Shown: positions 48,008 through 55,540 of the stretch, in pieces
Layout: each line of letters opens with the position of its first letter
Numbering within the stretch: position 1 is the stretch's first letter
Translations under genes and position numbers: made by a program
Origin: Burkholderiales bacterium
Lineage (GTDB): Bacteria; Pseudomonadota; Gammaproteobacteria; Burkholderiales; Burkholderiaceae_C
Direction: 5' to 3'
Assembly (NCBI GenBank): GCA_038327205.1
Contig: JBBQKT010000001.1
Span: 1-55,540 of the forward strand
Length of the DNA: 55,540 nt
Notes under the pieces: model-generated
Databases searched by the model: none
Told to the model about the DNA's origin: nothing
What the model saw: the letters and a program-made list of their open reading frames with translations, nothing else

Positions 48008-49555
48008 TCAGGGATAGACCGTGCCGGCGGCAGCCGTCGGGTTGAAGTTGCCGGGCATCGGCGTGGTCAGGTAGGGAAAAGTCATGCCGAAGTTGGCTGC
48101 CGTCTTGCGCACGCCGTCCGTCAAAGCCAGGCCACCGGCCGGTGCATCGGCCGGCTTGCAACCCACCTTCAAGGTATCGGCAGCACCGGTCAACACGCAC
48201 AGCGCACCCATCGACACGCGCAGCGACAAGTCCACCACATCATCCGCCGGGCGGCGGCCGTTCGGATAGCCCGCCAAATCACCGGCCGCCACACCCAGAG
48301 GGTTCTGCGCACCGGCCGCCGTCACTGCAATCGAGGTGTTCAGCCGCATCATTTCAGCCGCCATCACGCCCTTGGGCTGGTTGACGCCTTCGATGCCCTT
48401 CAAGAACACCGTCAGCAAGTCGGTGCGCGGAAAGTTGGTCGGTGCCTTGGCGGCCGGGAACAGCGACTCGATCAGCGCCGGCAGCACCGGGTTGGTCACA
48501 TAGTCGGCAAAGTTGGTCGCGTCGTCCTTGGGCTTGGAAGCGTTGAACTTGTCCTTGTCGTCGATGCCGATGATCAGCTCGTTGACCAGGGGCATGCCCA
48601 GGCGCGACACCTGCGTCCAGGCACCGCCGCTGCGGACGCTCTTGTTCAGCCCGGTGGCAGGCGAGCCGTCACGCAGCATGCCTTGGCGAAGGCTGGCCGT
48701 GGTGAAGGCGCCGATCACTGGGTCGGTGGCGGTGGCCAGGCAGGCAATCGGGATTTCCATTGCCAGCGTGCTGACGTTCTTGCCTTCCAGGTCATTGTTG
48801 TTGCCACCCGTCTCCGCGCCCAGCGGGTTCAGGTTGAACAGGTCGAACGCCTTGCCGACGGCAATGTAGAACGGCTCCTTGCGCTGGCCCACGAAGACCC
48901 GGCCGGCTGTCGCGCAGCCGGGGATGGCGACGTTGTAGATGTGCTGGTTGGCATAGGCGGCGTAGCCGGTGGCGCTGCCGAAGACCTTGTCGCCGATGTT
49001 GTCCACCGGCTTGTCGAATTCGGCCGCGCCGCCGCTTGAATTGGTAATGCTGGTTTTGGTGCCGCCGCGGCGGGTGCCACGCACCAGATCGACAGTGAAG
49101 GTTTCGCGCACATTCAGCGAGGCGGGGTTCACGCCGCTGATCAGGCCGGAGTTGATCAGCGGGATCTTCACCGCCTTGCCGCCGACGCTGAGCGTGGTGG
49201 CTTTGGAGGTGTTCTTGAAGCGGAACTGGAAGGTCATGTCTTCGACGCCGTCACCGGTGTTGTCGATATGGATTTCGTACAGCGCGTTCGGATCGAACAT
49301 GTAAAAGTTCGGGCCACCCTGGGGGTCTTGGAAGGGGCTGTAGTTGGCCAGGATGGTGACGTAGTTTTCGCGGCCGGTTTCGTAGCTGCGGAACATGTAG
49401 AGGTCGGTCGCATCGACCTTCGGCATGCCGGCAATCGCCGGGGCTTCGCGGTGGCTGGAGGCGAGGGCGGGGGCCGTGTTGAGAACGCTCAAGACAAGGC
49501 CGAGGGCGCCGACGGCTTGGGTGACGCGGTTGGGGCGCAAAGGACAATGATTCAT
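48008..49555 (-). CDS. secreted DUF4331-domain protein
   Basis: Signal then ASSHREAP, DATDLYMFRS, QVSRLGMPLVNE, YPNGRRPADDVVD; AGGAG RBS before ATG 49555. Confidence 0.88.
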   Translation of the reverse strand: MNHCPLRPNRVTQAVGALGLVLSVLNTAPALASSHREAPAIAGMPKVDATDLYMFRSYETGRENYVTILANYSPFQDPQGGPNFYMFDPNALYEIHIDNTGDGVEDMTFQFRFKNTSKATTLSVGGKAVKIPLINSGLISGVNPASLNVRETFTVDLVRGTRRGGTKTSITNSSGGAAEFDKPVDNIGDKVFGSATGYAAYANQHIYNVAIPGCATAGRVFVGQRKEPFYIAVGKAFDLFNLNPLGAETGGNNNDLEGKNVSTLAMEIPIACLATATDPVIGAFTTASLRQGMLRDGSPATGLNKSVRSGGAWTQVSRLGMPLVNELIIGIDDKDKFNASKPKDDATNFADYVTNPVLPALIESLFPAAKAPTNFPRTDLLTVFLKGIEGVNQPKGVMAAEMMRLNTSIAVTAAGAQNPLGVAAGDLAGYPNGRRPADDVVDLSLRVSMGALCVLTGAADTLKVGCKPADAPAGGLALTDGVRKTAANFGMTFPYLTTPMPGNFNPTAAAGTVYP

Positions 49556-49772
49556 CGGAGTCTCCTGGGGTTGGTTAGGGGATGCAGAAGTGAAATTAAC
49601 GGGCTTGCGATAGGTGGTCTGTGCGCTTGGAAACAAAGGACACCTGCGCTTTGATTTATCTCTCGCTGATTGACCGCGAGACGTCGCACACCACCGATCA
49701 ACAGACTCCAGCGGGAGCCATGCCCGGTGTGACCGGAAGCTTCCGACAGACGTTTATGCGTGCTCAGCTTGA

Positions 49773-52019
49773 TCAGGATCGCAACACGGACAGGCCTGCC
49801 ATTACTTTGTCCAGGGTCAGCGGATAGTCCCGCACCCGCACGCCGCAGGCGTTGTAGACGGCGTTGGCGATCGCCGCGCCCGCGCCGCAAATGCCCAGCT
49901 CGCCAACGCCCTTGAGCTTGAGCGGATTGGCCTTGTCGTCCACCTCGGGCAAGAAGTAGGCCTCGATGGCCGGGATGTCGGCATGGCTGGGCACGTGGTA
50001 TCCGGCCAGATCGTGGTTGACGAATTCGCCGTAGCGCGGATCGACGAAGGCGTCTTCGTGCAGCGCCGCGCCGACTCCCCAGATCATCGCGCCGACGGCC
50101 TGGCTGGTGGCCAGCTTGTCGTTCAGGATGCGACCGGCGGCGAACACGCCCAGCATGCGGCGCAGGCGGATCTCGCCCGTGTCCCGGTCCACCGCCACTT
50201 CAGCAAAATGCGCGCCGTAAGCCTGCTGTGAATACTGCTTGGTCAGGGTGCCGGGCTTGATCTCGCCACTGGCCTGCAGGCCGAAGGTGCCGGCCAGGGA
50301 CCCCAGCGTGGCTGACTTGCCGTTGCCGCTCACCGTGCCCCCGGCAAACACCGCGCTGCCGACTGGGATGCCGAGCTTGCCGGCCAGCTTGTCGCGCAAG
50401 TTGTTGCAGGCATCGAACAGCCCCGAGCCCGCGCTTGCTGCCCCAAAGGAGCCGCCCGAGCCTGGCGTGGCCGGGAAGTCGCTGTCGCCCAGCTCCATCT
50501 TCACTTGCGTCATCGGCATGCCCATCATTTCAGCGGCCACCTGGGTGAACACCGTGTAGCTGCCGGTGCCGATGTCGGTCATCGCCATCTTCACCGTCAA
50601 CAGGCCCTGCCGGTCGAGCGAGACCGCGCAGGTGGACGGCATCAGCAAGTTGCCGCGAATGGCCGCGGCCACACCCATGCCAATCAGCCAGCGTCCTTCG
50701 GCTTGCGTGCCGGGCTGGGCATGGCGCTTGTCCCAGCCAAAGCGGCTCGCCCCGGACTTCAGACAGGCGACCAACTGGCGGGTTGAAAACGGCAAGTTCA
50801 GCTCGGGGTCTTGCGCGGGCTCATTGCGCAGTCGCAACTCGATGGGGTCGAGCTTGAGCTTCTCGGCCAATTCGTCCATCGCCTGCTCCAGGGCCAGCAT
50901 GCCGACCGATTCGCCGGGGGCTCGGGTTGAGTCGGAGATGGGCAGATCAAGCTTGACCGAGCGGTGCGTCGTCAGCCGGTGCGGCGCGGCATACAGCGTG
51001 CGGCTTTGCATGCTGGCGTTCTCGAAGAAGTTGTCGAAGCGGGCGCTGTGCGAGTGGGTCTCGTGCGCAATCGCTGTCAGCTTGCCGGCGGAAGTGGCAC
51101 CCAGGCGCAGGCGCTGGATCGTGGCGCTGCGGTGGGTGGTGAAGTGGAACATCTGCTGGCGCGTCAGCGCCGTCTTGACCGGCCTTTTGAGCAGGCGCGC
51201 GGCCATCGCCGTCAGCATCACATCGCCGTAGATCGGCAGCTTGCCGCCAAAACCGCCGCCAATGTAGCGGCTGACGATGCGCACCTTGCTCGGTGCGATC
51301 TGCAGGGTCGCCGCCACCGCCTGCTGTGCGCTCTTGAGCAGCTGCGAGGAGCAGTGGATGATGACGCGACCACCCTTCCAGTAGGCCAGCGTCGCATGCG
51401 GCTCCATCTGCGCATGGATGTGATGGGGCGTGGTGAATGTCGCATCGACGGACACCTCGGCGGCGCTGAAGGCGCTGGCGAAGTCGCCCACTGTGCTGTC
51501 GGTTTTTTGGCCGAATTGTTCGGCCGGGGTTTCGGCGCTGGCCAGGTTTTTTTCCAGCACGTACGCGCCGGGCTGCGCGGCGTAGCGAACCTGGATCAGC
51601 CGGGCTGCGGCTCGCGCCTGCTCAAAGCTCGTGGCGACCACATAGGCCACCGCCTGCCCGTAATGCTCGACCCGAGGGCTTGCCAGCTGCGGCGACGCGC
51701 GGCCGTAGCGGTCCTTTGCATCCAGCGGGCCCCAGGCGCCCTGCTTGGGGGCATTCTTGTGGGTCAGCACCAGCAGCACGCCGGCGGCCTTCTCGGCGGC
51801 GGCGCTGTCGATGCTGGTGATCGTGCCCTTGGCAATCGTCGCCTCGACAATGAAGCCGACCGCTGGCGCGCCGCCCTGTTCCGGGTCTTGCACCTCGTGG
51901 GCGTAGGGGGCCAGCCCCATCACTTTGAGTCGGCCATCGACCCGGTCAACCGGCTTGCCGATCAGGCCTTGGCGGTTCTCGTCGATGGGGTTGCGCGGCG
52001 CGGGCGTGTTCATCTGCAT
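49773..52019 (-). CDS. paoC: aldehyde oxidoreductase molybdopterin subunit, copy 2
   Basis: DRVDGRLKV, MEPHAT, GGGFGGK, DIGTGSYT, KGVGELGICG. Confidence 0.9.
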   Translation of the reverse strand: MQMNTPAPRNPIDENRQGLIGKPVDRVDGRLKVMGLAPYAHEVQDPEQGGAPAVGFIVEATIAKGTITSIDSAAAEKAAGVLLVLTHKNAPKQGAWGPLDAKDRYGRASPQLASPRVEHYGQAVAYVVATSFEQARAAARLIQVRYAAQPGAYVLEKNLASAETPAEQFGQKTDSTVGDFASAFSAAEVSVDATFTTPHHIHAQMEPHATLAYWKGGRVIIHCSSQLLKSAQQAVAATLQIAPSKVRIVSRYIGGGFGGKLPIYGDVMLTAMAARLLKRPVKTALTRQQMFHFTTHRSATIQRLRLGATSAGKLTAIAHETHSHSARFDNFFENASMQSRTLYAAPHRLTTHRSVKLDLPISDSTRAPGESVGMLALEQAMDELAEKLKLDPIELRLRNEPAQDPELNLPFSTRQLVACLKSGASRFGWDKRHAQPGTQAEGRWLIGMGVAAAIRGNLLMPSTCAVSLDRQGLLTVKMAMTDIGTGSYTVFTQVAAEMMGMPMTQVKMELGDSDFPATPGSGGSFGAASAGSGLFDACNNLRDKLAGKLGIPVGSAVFAGGTVSGNGKSATLGSLAGTFGLQASGEIKPGTLTKQYSQQAYGAHFAEVAVDRDTGEIRLRRMLGVFAAGRILNDKLATSQAVGAMIWGVGAALHEDAFVDPRYGEFVNHDLAGYHVPSHADIPAIEAYFLPEVDDKANPLKLKGVGELGICGAGAAIANAVYNACGVRVRDYPLTLDKVMAGLSVLRS

Positions 52020-52032
52020 GGTGGTCAGTCCC

Positions 52033-52998
52033 TCAGGCGGTGGTGGTCAGCACGGCACGCAAGGTGCGGCGCAGCAACTCAATCTTGAAATCGTTGTGGC
52101 CGCGACCCTGCGCACCGGCGAGTACCAGATCAGCGGCCTCGTTGGGACTTGCGCCTGTCTCAAGTGCCCGCTAGGCAGCGGGCACGCGCCAAGGCTGGTG
52201 GGCCAGGCCGCCGAAGGCCAGCCGGGCGCTGCGAATCTTGCCCGGCACACCGTCGATCACCGCAGCCACCGAGACAAGGGCGAAGGCATAGGACGCACGG
52301 TCCCGCACCTTGCGATAAACCTGCCGGCCGGGCAAGGGCGCAGGCAGGGTCACGGCCGTGATGATTTCTCCCGGCTGCAGCGCCGTCTCCTTGTGCGGGG
52401 TGTTGCCCGGCAGCAGATGGAAGTCCACCATCGGAATGACACGGCGGGCGCCAGCGGGCGACACTGTTTCCACCGCCGCATCGAGCAGCCGCATCGCCAC
52501 CGCCATGTCGGATGGGTGGGTGGCGATGCACTGATCGCTGGCGCCCAGCACGGCGTGCATGCGGTTGTAGCCGCCAAGCGCCGCGCAGCCGCTGCCCGGC
52601 TGGCGCTTGTTGCAGGGCCGGGCGGTGTCGTAGAAGTAGGGACAGCGGGTGCGCTGCAACAGGTTGCCGCCGGTCGTGGCCTTGTTGCGCAACTGACCCG
52701 AGGCACCACTCAACAGCGCACGGCTGAGCACGGCGTAACTGGCGCGAATGCGCGAATCGGCCGCCAGATCGGCATTGCGCACCATCGCCCCGATGCGCAG
52801 CCCGCCGTCCGGCAGGGCGTCGATGCGGTCCAGCCCGAGGCGGTTGATGTCGATCAGGTGCGGCGGGGTTTCCACCTCCAGCTTCATCAGGTCGAGCAGG
52901 TTGGTGCCACCGGCGATGAACTTCGCACCGGGCTTGGCCTGTGCGGCTGCCGCCGCAGCTTGCAGTGTGTCCGGTCGTTCGTAGCTGAAGGCCTTCAT
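52033..52998 (-). pseudogene. paoB: aldehyde oxidoreductase FAD subunit, copy 2, interrupted by in-frame TAG at 52171-52173
   Basis: [56 protein letters not shown]; homology continues in frame past the stop. Confidence 0.85.
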
Positions 52999-53633
52999 GC
53001 GGCCACCTCTTGGATGGCGGCCACGATGTTCGGATAAGCGCTGCAGCGGCACAAATTGCCGCTCATCCGCTCGCGAATTTCTTCCGCTGTGAGCCGGGGT
53101 TTGCTGAGCAGATCGGTGCTCACATGGCTGGCCATGCCCTGACCCGCTTCGCGCAGCATGCCGACGGCCGAGCAGATCTGACCGGGCGTGCAGTAGCCGC
53201 ATTGAAAGCCGTCGTGCTTCAAGAAGGCGGCCTGCATCGGGTGCAGGTTCTCGCCCTCAGACAGGCCCTCGATGGTGGTGACCGTCTGCCCCTCATGCAT
53301 CACGGCCAGGGTCAGGCATGAGTAAATGCGACGGCCGTCGAGCAAGACGGTGCACGCCCCACATTGGCCGTGGTCGCAGCCCTTCTTCGTGCCCTTTAAC
53401 AAAAGCGTCTCACGCAGCGCGTCGAGCAAGGTCGTGCGGGTGTCGACCTTGAGCGTCCGCGACTGGCCGTTGACCTTCAGCTGGACCTGCAGCAGCGCTG
53501 GCGCCGCTGACACGGTCGGTGCCGGCGGCTCCATCGCAGGCGCTTGGCCAAAGCTCAGCGTCGGCACGGCCGCAAGCCCCGCCCCTGCCTGCACCACGCG
53601 TCGCCGCGACATCTTTTGAGTTGCGTCAGTCAT
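52995..53633 (-). CDS. paoA: aldehyde oxidoreductase 2x[2Fe-2S] subunit with Tat signal, copy 2
   Basis: MSRRRVVQ twin-Arg; [14 protein letters not shown]; GNLCRCSAY; AAGGAG RBS. Confidence 0.9.
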   Translation of the reverse strand: MTDATQKMSRRRVVQAGAGLAAVPTLSFGQAPAMEPPAPTVSAAPALLQVQLKVNGQSRTLKVDTRTTLLDALRETLLLKGTKKGCDHGQCGACTVLLDGRRIYSCLTLAVMHEGQTVTTIEGLSEGENLHPMQAAFLKHDGFQCGYCTPGQICSAVGMLREAGQGMASHVSTDLLSKPRLTAEEIRERMSGNLCRCSAYPNIVAAIQEVAA

Positions 53634-53649
53634 GCAAAGTCTCCTTGGT

Positions 53650-54744
53650 TCAGGCGGGAAGATCATTCAGGTTTTGCGGCTCGGCCACCACGTGGCCGCT
53701 GTGCGCCTCGCGCTGCCGGATCGACATCTCGTAAGCGGCCTTGCGCACCCGCATCACTGCGCCAATCGGTCGGTGGGCAGCGATGCCGTGCCAGGGGCTG
53801 AAGCCCATGCCCTCGTCCACAGCGGCGGCGCGGGCCGCGCTCCAGGCGGCCTGCGGCTCGGCCACCAGGCGCGCCACCGCGATGTAGGCACTTTGTTCCT
53901 GCGGCCAGGTGACCGAGGCATCCTCGATCGGCATGGCGGCGAGGTCGGTGCAGAACTGCACGCGTATTTCCCACTCGGCGCGCTGGCTGGCGAAGTAATC
54001 CACCACTGCATCGCGCAAACCATTCGGGTGGCCGTTGATGGCCAGCGGCGCATCGGTCAGCGCGAGCAGTGCCGGGGCGATCGGCGCAATGCTCAGCTTG
54101 ACCATATAGGGGCCGAACAAGATCGGCACCTGGCTGAAATAGGTCTCGCCCAGCGGGTGGGTGTAGGGATGGCCACCGAGACCCTTGAGCACGCCACTTT
54201 CACCGCCGAATGCCTCCACCACCTTCTCCGCGCCGCGCAGCACGGCGGACAGCGCCTTCTTCAGATTCGGCACCTTGTCGGTGGTGACGGCCAGCAGCTT
54301 CAGGCTGCCCAGAAACTTCTTCGGCCCCGGCGTCGCAAAGGTGTCGCCATTGATCAGCACGAAGTCCTGCGTCACCGCGCCCTCGCTGCCAGGCAGTCGT
54401 TCGCCCTGCACGCCCACCACCTTGACGGCCAGGCCACGCGGGGTGGAAACGCTGTCGTCCAATATGTCACCCGGCGTGGAAGAGAAGCGCATCAGCACCG
54501 GCCAGCTGCCCGGCTGCGCAAAGATGCCGTGCGCCAGCAGCGGCGGCAGGCCTTCAGCCACGCGCAACTCGGCGCGCAGCAGGCCATGACTCTTGGCATG
54601 CACGCTGCGGATGGCGTGGCCGCTGTCCTTGAATGTGGTGTCGGCAATGCCGCGCAGCGCCTCCATCAGGCCGGCGAGCGTTTCGGCTTCACCATCCTCG
54701 GGGACTTCAAGGGCGGGGCTGTAGTGGATGGGTTCGGCTGTCAT
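53650..54744 (-). CDS. catalase-related heme protein (short catalase-like family)
   Basis: RSVHAKSHG distal His, RFS, DFVLIN, FSPWH..HRPIG..R.R..AY proximal Tyr. Confidence 0.88.
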   Translation of the reverse strand: MTAEPIHYSPALEVPEDGEAETLAGLMEALRGIADTTFKDSGHAIRSVHAKSHGLLRAELRVAEGLPPLLAHGIFAQPGSWPVLMRFSSTPGDILDDSVSTPRGLAVKVVGVQGERLPGSEGAVTQDFVLINGDTFATPGPKKFLGSLKLLAVTTDKVPNLKKALSAVLRGAEKVVEAFGGESGVLKGLGGHPYTHPLGETYFSQVPILFGPYMVKLSIAPIAPALLALTDAPLAINGHPNGLRDAVVDYFASQRAEWEIRVQFCTDLAAMPIEDASVTWPQEQSAYIAVARLVAEPQAAWSAARAAAVDEGMGFSPWHGIAAHRPIGAVMRVRKAAYEMSIRQREAHSGHVVAEPQNLNDLPA

Positions 54745-55201
54745 GCGCGGGTTGTAAATCCTGCCAACCCGCCAGTCTGTTCGAAACCGCACGATGTCAA
54801 CCCTGGCCGCTGAGGCTGGCAATGCCAGGCAGGTAAGTGCTACATCGCCGGTGTTGCAGTCGCGGCGGTTGGCGCAGCAGCGCTTGGCTGTCGTGCTGCC
54901 GATCACTGAGGCGGCACCAGCTTGTGTAGACCATCCTTTGCCCGCGAGTGACGAGTGCGCACCAACCAGCGCCGAACGATTCGATGGACCTGGGCGACGT
55001 TGAAAGTGTCGACCCGTTCTGTCATCAGTTGTGGCGGCCGCGCTGACTCACGTCTGTGCAGCAGCACACCCACCTAACTAACAAGTCCAGAGCACTCGAC
55101 TTTTGTTCGATGTCGAACGGACACATAGGCGTGACTTGAAGAAGATGAGCAGCCCGTCGCTTCAGCCGGCTAGGCCCAACCTGAATGGATGAATGAGCGC
55201 C

Positions 55202-55540
55202 ATGATCAAACCCACCAAGAAGAATTCCAGCGTTGCTATTGCAGATAAGAATGCTGCTGGCAAAACGCGCACAGGTGATGAGCTTCATCAGGCCGCAGGC
55301 CCCGGCCACCCAAAGCGGACGTTGAACCAGCAACTGGTGCCGCTGAAAGTCATCGGAATCAGGGTGCTCAACCGCTCCCCCGCCTTGCAAACTCTCGGCA
55401 CGATGAAGGACACCCAGCAAGGGCGTTGCGTCGGCGTCCGGCTTGGCGATGGCTCCGCCAGCAAGCTGATGGCGTCGGCGCGGGCTGCTGCGGAGAAGGC
55501 CAGCGCCACGGTCAAAATCGACGCGCTGAAGGTCGGCGGC
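55202..55540 (+). pseudogene. internally deleted large-subunit catalase remnant, open to window end
   Basis: Manual translation joins GDELHQAAGPGHPKRTLNQ, QLVPLKVIGIRVLNR and SPALQTLGTMKDTQQGRCVGV..GDGS..KVGG, three distant KatE segments. Confidence 0.7.

Noticed and set aside
47087-49039. 650-aa + strand ORF
   Set aside because: Antisense to the HiPIP, lipoprotein and DUF4331 genes
52161-52186. Pyrrolysine or other recoding at the paoB TAG
   Set aside because: No pyl genes or suppressor tRNA in the window; a single G-to-T change from Glu explains it

Overview
GC-rich accessory region, most likely from a betaproteobacterium (Burkholderiales-like; inferred from the CTGT-N8-ACAG LexA box and the gene families). 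It reads as a general-stress island. Stress genes: katE, a second catalase-family gene, a collapsed katE remnant, two ElaB/DUF883 genes, yeaQ/ymgE-yqjE-yqjK-like genes, hemerythrin, TspO and two PaoABC-type molybdo-flavoenzyme operons, one with an in-frame amber stop. Glyco-modification genes: PIG-L, acyl-CoA dehydrogenase-like, NodS-like, GT2, glf and a GH1-GT4 fusion. It also has a LexA-controlled imuA-imuB-dnaE2 cassette and dense phosphorelay signalling, including a KaiC-like ATPase and an ETR1-type ethylene-receptor kinase. Main signal: an island-encoded sigma-54 paralog and a convergent NtrC-type activator, plus about a dozen -24/-12 sites (GGCAYG-N4-TTGCC) in front of the stress genes and rpoN itself. 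This suggests a self-contained sigma-54-driven general stress regulon. Two small ORFs below the ORF-track cutoff were found. No rRNA, tRNA, CRISPR or transposase was seen.
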